46,265 nt of DNA, taken from NCBI GenBank assembly GCA_012026715.1, contig VEPB01000473.1:1-46265 (forward strand). Reading direction: 5' to 3'. Origin of the DNA: Methylococcaceae bacterium. Lineage in GTDB: Bacteria; Pseudomonadota; Gammaproteobacteria; Methylococcales; Methylococcaceae. Positions 38,574 through 46,265 of the stretch are shown piece after piece. Made by a program: the position numbers and the translations under genes. The notes under the pieces were generated by a model. That model did not search any database. It worked only from the letters and a program-made list of their open reading frames with translations, and was not told where the DNA came from. The first letter of the stretch is position 1, and each line of letters opens with the position of its first letter.

Positions 38574-39509
38574 CTATCGCAACGAATCAACCTTAAACAA
38601 ACCTTTTGCAAATTTAACAAATCGATAGACGCCCGGACTATTGAACTCAACAAACCGTTGCGCGGAATATCTAATAACCAGAACCTTGTGCTTCAACCCC
38701 AAATACCTTCGATACCGAAAAATCGTCTTAACAAGACGGCTCAGATATATACTCCTATCCGGACTTGCTGTAAGCATCATCAACGGCAAATCAAATCCGT
38801 GGACGTAAATTATATTCGAGATATCTATTACATGCGTGATGGGGACTTTATTTTGAAAGTTCAAGATATCATCAATACTATCGAATATATCAAATCTTTT
38901 TTCTAAACTATACGATACGCTTTCGTTAGTCAGGATATAATTGTAAGCTGCCAGCTTAACCGCCCCCCTCCTTTTTGATACCATATCGACCTTCGCCGAG
39001 AACGCCAGATCCTCCCCCATGTGACTCGGCACAGGAAAGCGGATATCGTACATATCGACCAAATCTTTCCTTATTATTTTATTTGTAACATTAGGAGCCG
39101 AAGCCTCAGGCGACGGGAAGCTAATTTTAACCCCATCATCAAAAATCCTTCTGAAACCGGCTTCCACTACATCCAGGTCCCGGCTCTTCGCAGCCTCATA
39201 CATTTCGCTATACATATTGACTTCAATGTAGTCATCCGAATCTATGAAGCCCAGATACTGACCTTTCGCAGCACTTATGCCATCATTGCGCGCAGCAGAG
39301 CAGCCCTCATTAACCTTGTGAATAACCCGGACTCTGGCATCGTTAGCAGCATAGCTATCACATATTTTTCCGCTATTATCATCGGATCCGTCATCGACAA
39401 GTATCACCTCGATCTCTTTGAGAAATTGATTAAGAATTGAATCGATACATCGCCTAATAGTTGCCTCCGCATTGAACACTGGAACTATCACACTAACCTT
39501 CGGTTTCAT
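38574..39509 (-). CDS. family-2 glycosyltransferase
   Basis: 311 aa. 'VSVIVPVFNAEATIRRCIDSILNQ', 'EVILVDDGSDD' and 'FIDSDD' (DxD). This is the lowest G+C in the window; one hand-counted 60-nt line was 37%. Confidence 0.9.
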   Translation of the reverse strand: MKPKVSVIVPVFNAEATIRRCIDSILNQFLKEIEVILVDDGSDDNSGKICDSYAANDARVRVIHKVNEGCSAARNDGISAAKGQYLGFIDSDDYIEVNMYSEMYEAAKSRDLDVVEAGFRRIFDDGVKISFPSPEASAPNVTNKIIRKDLVDMYDIRFPVPSHMGEDLAFSAKVDMVSKRRGAVKLAAYNYILTNESVSYSLEKRFDIFDSIDDILNFQNKVPITHVIDISNIIYVHGFDLPLMMLTASPDRSIYLSRLVKTIFRYRRYLGLKHKVLVIRYSAQRFVEFNSPGVYRFVKFAKGLFKVDSLR

Positions 39510-40291
39510 ATTGAATCCAACTTGATGGTATATACTTAAAAAACGTAAGACCGAACGTTCTCAATTAATTGTTTTAAGAATGCAACGCCGCTCATTTATG
39601 CAATTTGGACAACGAATCGATTCCACGATATCGGTTGGCGCTAGCAGAAACGCCCGCACTCCACAGATTTGAGGATATCTCCGGATAAAATCCATTTCGA
39701 AACGTCTCCCCAACGGCAAGCCGCCTGATCGTTATACTGTAACAAGTCACAGAGGCTAACACCGCCGTCCGGTAACATGCGCAAAGGGATCCAGCTCACC
39801 CGTGAATCGGGTGTTCTTGTTTAGCAAGCCCAGGATCATGAGCCCATTGGGTAGATCCTGCATGTAGCGGTTGAAACTGCGGCTATCGGCAATCACCCGC
39901 CAGACCAATTCGCTTCCGGCTGAACCCAACGGCGTCCACGAGATCCGGAACGATTCTAGCCACCGCGATCATGCCAATTGGAGCAACACGCAAGTAGCCA
40001 GGTGACCGGGAATTATGCCAGAGAAACCCACAACCGGACGAGTCGACCTTTTTCCAATCCCATTGGATAATGCCCGCCGACGCCAGCCATCGAAACAGAC
40101 GCGACGTCGTGGAATCAGCTTTCACAACCATGAACGCCGAATGTGCGCAAGAGGAGGCTAGACGCCTAAGCAAAGCGCGGGGATGCCTTCCCGTAAGCCC
40201 CCCCGCCATAGGCTCGGCGCGTCGTCCGCCACAAAAGCGGCGCGACCCCTTTACGGATAACCATGACATCTCTGTTGAGCTACGATCATAT

Positions 40292-41887
40292 ATGTTTCTT
40301 AATCACCCATTTCTAATGCAACAATTCGTGGAATTCTCTGCAGAGAGAAATCCGGCGGCCCCGTTTCTGATTCAACTCGACAAGGTTTCCACATACGCGG
40401 AGATTGACGCCAACGCCAATCGCATGGCCCGCCTGCTGAGAGAAACGGGAGTTAAATCCGGCGACCGTGTCGCGATGTTGATCGCAAACTCACCCGTCTA
40501 CGCGGTCGCCTACTACGGCATACTCAAGGCGGGAGGAATCGTCGTTTCGCTGAACACCAGCGCCACTTCCGATCTTCTTGCCCACTATTTGCGCGATAGC
40601 GGCGCCGAAGTATTGGTGGTCGGCGCAAGAATGGAAAACCGTATTGCCGCTGTACTGCACGAAAGCCCTGGAGTTCGGGTGGTTTTAGCGGAACGTCCCG
40701 AGCAAATCGGAAAAGCCAAACCGGGAACTGACCTGGAGACTGTTCGGATACCCGGCAGCGTCAGGATCGAAAATATCGGCGCCGGATTAGCCGCACAATC
40801 GAGCGAAAGACCCGATCCCCATCGAATCAGCCTGGATCTGGCGGCCATCGTATATACCTCGGGCAGTACCGGACTGCCCCGCGGCGCGATGCTGTCCCAT
40901 GGAAACCTAATCGCAAACACCCAATCCATCGTGGAGTATTTGAGGCTTTCCAATACCGATCGAGTGATGGCCATACTCCCGTTTTACTATGTATACGGCA
41001 AAACACTCCTGAATACCCATGCCGCCGTTGGCGGTTCGGTCGTCATCGAAAACCGCTCGGTTTTTCCCAATGTCGTCCTCGACAGTCTGGAAACCAACGA
41101 ATGCTCGGGTTTCGCGGGGGTCCCATCCACCTACGCCATTTTAGTGAATCGTTCGGATCTTGCCGAACGCCCCCTTACGCACCTTCGTTATCTGACGCAA
41201 GCCGGCGCAGCCATGGCGCCCGAATTGACTCGACGCCTCATGGCTGCCGTCCCTGGAAAGCAGATTTTTGTGATGTATGGAGCCACTGAGGCATCGGCGC
41301 GACTGACTTACCTGCCCCCGGAAGAGCTCAGCCGCAAACTAGGGTCGATCGGCAAGGCGATCCCCAACGTGGAAATAACGATTCGAAAGGACGACGGCAG
41401 CGAAGCCGGGATTGACGACGTGGGTGAGATCGTCGCGCGTGGAAGCAACATCATGCGAGGATACTGGAACGACCCGGAGTCAACAGCTCGAGTTCTAGAT
41501 AGCCAAGGCGCTTATCATACGGGAGACTTGGGCCGCCGAGATTCCGAGGGGTTTCTGTTTGTCGTCGGCCGCAAGACTGACATGCTAAAAGTGGGTGGCC
41601 ACCGGATTGCAGCAAAAAGCATCGAGGAAGCCGTATCGGAACACCACGCTATCCACGAGACTGCGGTTATCGGAGTATCGGACGAACTGCTCGGCGAAGC
41701 CGTCTGTGTGTTTGCCGTACTGCGGGAGGGCCACGAGCTTGCGCAACTTGAACTCAGCCAATTCCTGCAGGATCGCCTACCGGAACATGCGATGCCCAAG
41801 TTTATCCATTTCCGGGATTCGCTTCCCAAAAACGAATCGGGGAAGATTATGAAACAAGCGTTGCGGGAAGAAATGACCGGTAAATAA
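40292..41887 (+). CDS. AMP-forming acyl-CoA/acyl-ACP ligase (ANL superfamily)
   Basis: ATG 40292 (MFLNHPFLMQQF...), 531 aa. AMP-binding 'IVYTSGSTGLPRGAMLSH', 'YGATE', 'YHTGDLG' and a C-terminal 'LPKNESGKI'. The upstream 74 aa of the track ORF are GC-rich and unlikely to be coding. Confidence 0.9.
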   Translation: MFLNHPFLMQQFVEFSAERNPAAPFLIQLDKVSTYAEIDANANRMARLLRETGVKSGDRVAMLIANSPVYAVAYYGILKAGGIVVSLNTSATSDLLAHYLRDSGAEVLVVGARMENRIAAVLHESPGVRVVLAERPEQIGKAKPGTDLETVRIPGSVRIENIGAGLAAQSSERPDPHRISLDLAAIVYTSGSTGLPRGAMLSHGNLIANTQSIVEYLRLSNTDRVMAILPFYYVYGKTLLNTHAAVGGSVVIENRSVFPNVVLDSLETNECSGFAGVPSTYAILVNRSDLAERPLTHLRYLTQAGAAMAPELTRRLMAAVPGKQIFVMYGATEASARLTYLPPEELSRKLGSIGKAIPNVEITIRKDDGSEAGIDDVGEIVARGSNIMRGYWNDPESTARVLDSQGAYHTGDLGRRDSEGFLFVVGRKTDMLKVGGHRIAAKSIEEAVSEHHAIHETAVIGVSDELLGEAVCVFAVLREGHELAQLELSQFLQDRLPEHAMPKFIHFRDSLPKNESGKIMKQALREEMTGK

Positions 41888-41924
41888 TTACCGCAGCAAC
41901 CACTAATACAGATGACCGTGTTCA

Positions 41925-41959
41925 TCGTCCTCTGCCCTTATGAGAGGCGCAGAGGACGA
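41925..41959. terminator. strong bidirectional hairpin between convergent ligase and secreted-protein genes
   Basis: TCGTCCTCTGC-13 nt-GCAGAGGACGA is a perfect 11-bp stem with 3 further pairs inside the loop. There is no clear U-tract on either strand. Confidence 0.5.
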
Positions 41960-41970
41960 CGAAATCGAGC

Positions 41971-42828
41971 TTACTTCTGAGCCTTCGCTCCAGTCAGAGA
42001 CCCCGAATCCCCCCGGCCCTCGATGACATCGACGATTCTCTGGGCGAATAAAGGCGCCACTTTGGCGCCGAACTCCGGCCGCGGGTGAGAGTCGACCGGC
42101 CCTGTCGCATACTCGGGCTTCAAATACGGTCCACCTTCCGTTTCGAGCTGATAGAAATCCCACAAAAAGATATTGTCACCTGGCTCGTCCCATTCGGTTT
42201 TGACCCAGTCAAAGAATTGCCGGGTGCGCTGGGACTCTTCCGGATTAGTATTCTTTTCAACAATGGCGGCCCCCGTCCAAACAATAAACTTCTTGTCGGG
42301 GAAGGATCGCATCTTTTCTTTCAACTTGAGGTATTGCAGCTTGTAGTTTTCAAGCCGCTTTTCCTCCGAATCCACATCGGCCTTGCCGGTATCGGGCAGG
42401 ATTTTCCCGACCGGATAACAATGCTTCCAGATGATGACATCATATTTCTTCGTCAGCATCTCGAGGGTCGGCTCATCCCGGTACGGAGCTTCACCGGCAT
42501 TTTTAACCCAAATATTGTAGTAATCGTAGGGATAATTCTTCCATTCGTAATTCTTCCCGGTCGGGAAGTAAATATGCTCGATATCGTAGCTTTTCTTGTT
42601 GGCCTTGTTGTAGTCGGCCATCCAACTTTTCACGTCGCTCTTGCCAAAGGCCTTGACCAGAAACTTTGGCGTCGTTCCAATCCACACGCTCTCCCCGGTG
42701 CTATGGTGAAGAAACGCGATCTTGACGGCCTTGGAAGAATCAGTTGTAGGCTGGCTGCCGGCGTTGGAAAATCCAGACATAAACAAGAACCCTATTAACA
42801 CACTCAAAACAGGAATAACTTTCTTCAT
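41971..42828 (-). CDS. secreted hypothetical protein (possible SGNH/esterase-like fold, unassigned)
   Basis: ATG 42828 gives the signal peptide 'MKKVIPVLSVLIGFLFMSGFSNA'. It is Trp/Tyr/Lys-rich, with 'IAFLHHSTGESVW', 'VIIWKHCYPVG' and 'FIVWTGAAIV'. I cannot name the family confidently. Confidence 0.75.
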   Translation of the reverse strand: MKKVIPVLSVLIGFLFMSGFSNAGSQPTTDSSKAVKIAFLHHSTGESVWIGTTPKFLVKAFGKSDVKSWMADYNKANKKSYDIEHIYFPTGKNYEWKNYPYDYYNIWVKNAGEAPYRDEPTLEMLTKKYDVIIWKHCYPVGKILPDTGKADVDSEEKRLENYKLQYLKLKEKMRSFPDKKFIVWTGAAIVEKNTNPEESQRTRQFFDWVKTEWDEPGDNIFLWDFYQLETEGGPYLKPEYATGPVDSHPRPEFGAKVAPLFAQRIVDVIEGRGDSGSLTGAKAQK

Positions 42829-42849
42829 GACTAAACCACTAACCAACTC

Positions 42850-43845
42850 TCAGTTGACGCCCGGCGGTGTCGTCTGCGGGCCACTGATCTTATCCATTAC
42901 AATTGCTGACCAATGCAGCGGCGCCGTCGCCTTCCGCTTGTCTTCGATATCCCGATAAATAAACTCGGCCATCGCCAGATCGATACCAAGCTCTTTGGCA
43001 AGATCCGCCGCCGGCACACCATGGTTGAGCGCATAGAGCGCAATATCCAACTTATCGTACGGAAGGACATAATAAAACTCGTCCTGTCCCTGCGGCAGAC
43101 TAAAGGTATCCGTGGTCGGAATGGAGTTGCAAATCGCCTCGGGCAGCTCAAGATAACGAGCCAACTGATAAACCTGGGTCTTATATAGGTGAGCAATCGG
43201 TTTGATATCTGCCGCGCCGTCACCGAGCTTCACAAAAAACCCTTGATCGTACTCCAATCGGTTCGGCGTGCCGACGACCGCATAATGAAGCCGGTCCGCG
43301 TGGAAATATTCCAGCGTCTTGCGTACTCGTTGCTTGAAATTGGTCGCGGCAACGATCTGCAGATAATCCTTGGCCTTGGGAATCGCCTCATGGACTTGTC
43401 CATCCGGTGACTGCACCACCAGCTTGAAATACCGTTTCCAACTCTGTGGGTCGCCGGCAATGACCAGCTTGTTCTTCCATTCCGAGGTATATGCCGGAAA
43501 GGTATTGCGGATCGCCTCATCACGCCATTGATAACAGCCCAACCCATCCAGGGCCGGGGTAATATTCACCTCCAGATGGGCAATTCCGTACTTCTTGACC
43601 ACTTCCAGCCCAAGATTCGAACTGGAGGATTTCGAATCACGTTCAGGCAGCAACAAACCAAACACCCGGTCCTTGCCCACCGCACGCACGGCAAGCCCGC
43701 AGGAAACGGCGCTGTCCACCCCGCCGGAGATGGCAACGACGAACCCGCGGCGATTGAGGCTGCCGGACAGCAGGGTACGCATACGTTCGGCAATGCGCTC
43801 CACTTCCTGGGCCGAGTCAAGATTGAGCTGGCTTGCAATGGTCAT
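42850..43845 (-). CDS. NAD+ synthetase (NadE)-like PP-loop ATP pyrophosphatase / amidotransferase
   Basis: ATG 43845 (MTIASQLNLD...) with an AAGGA RBS, 331 aa. PP-loop 'VVAISGGVDSAV' and 'LYKTQVYQLARYLELPEAI' are typical of NadE. It has no glutaminase domain. Confidence 0.85.
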   Translation of the reverse strand: MTIASQLNLDSAQEVERIAERMRTLLSGSLNRRGFVVAISGGVDSAVSCGLAVRAVGKDRVFGLLLPERDSKSSSSNLGLEVVKKYGIAHLEVNITPALDGLGCYQWRDEAIRNTFPAYTSEWKNKLVIAGDPQSWKRYFKLVVQSPDGQVHEAIPKAKDYLQIVAATNFKQRVRKTLEYFHADRLHYAVVGTPNRLEYDQGFFVKLGDGAADIKPIAHLYKTQVYQLARYLELPEAICNSIPTTDTFSLPQGQDEFYYVLPYDKLDIALYALNHGVPAADLAKELGIDLAMAEFIYRDIEDKRKATAPLHWSAIVMDKISGPQTTPPGVN

Positions 43846-44194
43846 GTTGTGATCCTTATATAAGCGGGGATTTATATGGCTGACTGTGCTGCCGATACGA
43901 TTCGGCAACGTCGGATAATGATATTACATATTTGGATGGTCATAAGATCGACCCGCTCATCGCCGCCAGTTCGGGGATCCATGCGCTAAACCGCTGAGAC
44001 CCCCTACCCTCCGGCAAGAACGGCTGTACCAGTCACCGCACTTTACCAAGATCGTGCCGGGTTTTACAGTTGGCGCCCGGATGGCTCGGTACACCGTGGC
44101 GCAATCGCAATAGCCCCGTTGCGTCCTATCCAGCGGCCTTGTGGCCGAACATACACCAACCGATTTGGCGACCGGCGACGGAGATAACCTTTAG

Positions 44195-44740
44195 ATGCGA
44201 AAACGTATGGAATTGCGGGCCCCGAAACCCCGGAATCCGGCCCTTCCCTGCGTAAGCCGGCTCAGCGGCACACTCAAGCCGAATGAACGCTCCGCGCCGC
44301 GAGCGGCAGGCGGTTTTGGCAGAAACACAGGATTTCGCCGGTCGGCAATTCGTTGCACCCTATTGCTCACGATCGCACTGGGACTGAGCGTGGTCGATGG
44401 CGTGGCTCTGGCGACGCCACTGCCTGCCGTCGCGCGGTCTGAAGTGCTCGCTCTGCTGGCGAAACTGGAATCGTCAGGCTGCGAGTTCAATCGCAACGGA
44501 ACCTGGCACACGGCGCGGGAGGCGGGTTCGCATCTGGCACGGAAACTCGACTATCTCGAGCGCAACGGCTCAGCGCAAAACGCCGAGCAATTCATCGATC
44601 TGGCCGGCACCAACAGCAGCCTGTCGGGAGACGCCTACCAAGTCCGTTGTCCCGGTGCCGCGCCGGTTCCCAGCTCGCTATGGTTGACTCGGGAACTTCA
44701 GGCGATTCGTGCCGCGGTCGCGGCGACTCCCAAACCGTAA
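44195..44740 (+). CDS. DUF5329-like exported protein
   Basis: It has a hydrophobic leader ('CTLLLTIALGLSVV'). 'EVLALLAKLESSGCEFNRNGTWHTAREAGSHLARKLDYLERNGSAQNAEQFIDLAGTNSSLSGDAYQVRC' fits my memory of DUF5329. The start is uncertain (ATG 44195 or 44207). Confidence 0.55.
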   Translation: MRKRMELRAPKPRNPALPCVSRLSGTLKPNERSAPRAAGGFGRNTGFRRSAIRCTLLLTIALGLSVVDGVALATPLPAVARSEVLALLAKLESSGCEFNRNGTWHTAREAGSHLARKLDYLERNGSAQNAEQFIDLAGTNSSLSGDAYQVRCPGAAPVPSSLWLTRELQAIRAAVAATPKP

Positions 44741-44778
44741 CCGGCCAGGAGCGCTGTAACGGAGACAGCCCTGGCCGG
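44741..44778 (+). terminator. hairpin directly after the DUF5329-like gene
   Basis: CCGGCCAGG-20 nt-CCTGGCCGG (9-bp stem) begins 1 nt after the TAA. The loop is large and there is no U-tract. Confidence 0.3.
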
Positions 44779-44949
44779 AACCCGATCTGGTCCTGCCTGG
44801 AAGGCGGGCAGCCAGGCTGAGGCGGCGGCTTTTGGCGCCCCCCGCCCGCTAACTGCGACGAGTCAACAATCGGCCGGAGAACCGCCTCCTCCTTGTGTCT
44901 GCATTCTCGGCCGGGTTTGCCCGGCCAAGAACGACGCCGAACAAGGCCA

Positions 44950-46265
44950 TCACCCCCCGCTGCCGCAATCTTCCTTGCCTTCCCGCACTTCGCTGGTGGT
45001 GCAACTGCCATAACCCACGACATCCGCGCTGAGAATCGCCACAGACGCCTGTCTGGCCCGCTCGGTGGCATCGGCGGTCTTCTGGTCGCCGCCCGGATCC
45101 ATTGAGGTCGCCGACTTGGTGGCGCTGGTGGCGGCGCTATCGGCACCGGCGGGAACCACCGGCGGCGCCACCGCAGTAGGCACGCCGATGGACGGCCCGC
45201 TGGTGGACTGGATGTTGGAAGCGCCGATGACGGCGGTCGCAGCGATCACCACTTGGCCACCAACGATGCCGGCCTCGCCGGCGTTGACCACACCGGCGGG
45301 TGCCGCCAGAATCACCTTCCCGGCCTTGCCGCCGCCCGAAGCGATGGCCTGGATGCCGCTGCCCGCCACCGCCGGGGGGAAATCGATCTTGACGTTGCCG
45401 TTGGCGTCGATGCTCGTGGTCGGGCTGGGGGCGGAAATGGCCGACTTGGCACCGCGGCCGGCGTCGATGTCGCCGTGGGAAGACCAGATCAGAATGTCGC
45501 CGCCCCCCATGGTGAACACCCGCGACTCGTTGACCAGGAAATTCCCGTCAGTCACCGCATTCAGCTTGCCGTCCCGCGCGACCACTACGCCAAGCTGATC
45601 AGCCTTCTTGGATCCGGCCACCGTTCCGGCCAGCCCGGCATTCACCAGACCGCCGGGTGCGGCCAGATTGATGTCGCCCCCTGCGGCAGTCTTGATCTGG
45701 CTGAAGAACATCTTGATGTCGCCCTTGGCCGCCTGGGTGTCGAACAGCGCCGCGATGGCGTCGTAACCCGGCTGGTAGTCCTCCTTGCGGCCGCTGCGTG
45801 CCGCCGCGTTGGCAGCTTTGGCCACTTCCCGGTACATGATGTCCAGCAGCGGTTTCAGCTGCTTGCGCTTATCCGTCAAGCCCGCCAGGTAGTCGACCGC
45901 TTCCTGGCCATTCATCTGAACCGATTGCCCGTCATCACCGGGGACGGTTATTCCGTACTTGCCAGACTCGATATAGGCCTTGATGAAGTCGTCCAACCCA
46001 CCGGTTTTCAGCTTGAATCCGGCCAGCACCGACACGTTGGCCCCCGGCAAGTCGCCGAAAGCCGAGTTGAGCAACCCGCCCAAGGTCCGCACGCCCTCCG
46101 AGGCCCCCAGATCGATATTGCGGCCGGCCAGCACCTGCAGTTCGCCGGGTCCGCCCAGCTCGATGGTCTGGCCCTGATTGTTCAGCGTACCGGTATCTTC
46201 CCTGCGGGACGTGGGGTAAACGATGTCCCGCCCGGCCTCGATCCGGGTCACGTCACTCTTGGCCA
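44950..46265 (-). CDS. C-terminal part of a filamentous-haemagglutinin-family (TpsA-type) exoprotein, partial (N-terminus off-window)
   Basis: The frame is open to the window edge (...AKSDVTRIEAGRDIVY...). It carries Gly/Ala/Asn-rich beta-helix-type repeats ('LQVLAGRNIDLGASEG', 'GGDINLAAPGGLVNAGLAG', 'GGDILIWSSHGDIDAGRGAKS', 'KVILAAPAGVVNAGEAGI') and ends '...GSCTTSEVREGKEDCGSGG'. Confidence 0.85.
   Translation of the reverse strand, partial: AKSDVTRIEAGRDIVYPTSRREDTGTLNNQGQTIELGGPGELQVLAGRNIDLGASEGVRTLGGLLNSAFGDLPGANVSVLAGFKLKTGGLDDFIKAYIESGKYGITVPGDDGQSVQMNGQEAVDYLAGLTDKRKQLKPLLDIMYREVAKAANAAARSGRKEDYQPGYDAIAALFDTQAAKGDIKMFFSQIKTAAGGDINLAAPGGLVNAGLAGTVAGSKKADQLGVVVARDGKLNAVTDGNFLVNESRVFTMGGGDILIWSSHGDIDAGRGAKSAISAPSPTTSIDANGNVKIDFPPAVAGSGIQAIASGGGKAGKVILAAPAGVVNAGEAGIVGGQVVIAATAVIGASNIQSTSGPSIGVPTAVAPPVVPAGADSAATSATKSATSMDPGGDQKTADATERARQASVAILSADVVGYGSCTTSEVREGKEDCGSGG

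Overview
This 46.3-kb window is GC-rich; hand counts of sample 60-nt lines give about 60-68% G+C outside one island. The gene content looks like a diazotrophic gammaproteobacterium. All calls rest on by-eye motif reading of the ORF track and the DNA. No HMM, BLAST or folding was run.

Layout, left to right:
1. 265-5099: a tightly coupled 7-gene operon. It encodes an MglA-like small GTPase, two roadblock/LC7-type proteins, a receiver-like protein, an Aer-type PAS protein and a leaderless PhnD-like binding protein.
2. 5192-12666: a housekeeping block, adk-leuC-leuD-leuB-asd-fimV.
3. 12798-25507: a giant Hsp70-like ATPase, an AcoR-type sigma-54 activator, a Gre-family factor, an M48/YgjP peptidase and a TlpA-like thioredoxin. 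These are followed by a DUF4347-like gene with one in-frame TAA, then surE-pcm, dedA, thpR, cinA/pncC and flavocytochrome c sulfide dehydrogenase (fccAB).
4. 25536-33596: a nif accessory region. A palindromic NifA-type UAS sits between divergent sigma-54 promoters, one driving a 79-aa unknown gene and the other a flavodoxin-Nif11-orf100 unit. A second unit has two TGT-N10-ACA sites and a -24/-12 promoter in front of nifB-fdxN-ArsC-like-flavodiiron-2Fe2S-FeSII-like-nifQ. That unit ends, translationally coupled, in a 49-aa membrane peptide and a SIR2-like protein.
5. 34115-34403: a MITE/REP-like element.
6. 34556-43845: a compositionally mosaic, lower-GC glycan-type island. It holds an ACP, an AsnB-like amidotransferase, an LbH acetyltransferase, a GT2, an acyl-AMP ligase, a secreted unknown protein and a NadE-like PP-loop enzyme.
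7. 44195-46265: a DUF5329-like gene and the 3' end of a filamentous-haemagglutinin-type exoprotein that runs off the window.

I saw no rRNA, tRNA, CRISPR array or intact transposase/integrase.

The best candidates for something undescribed are the nifQ-coupled SIR2-like gene, the GTPase/roadblock/REC/PAS operon and the ACP-ligase-amidotransferase island.
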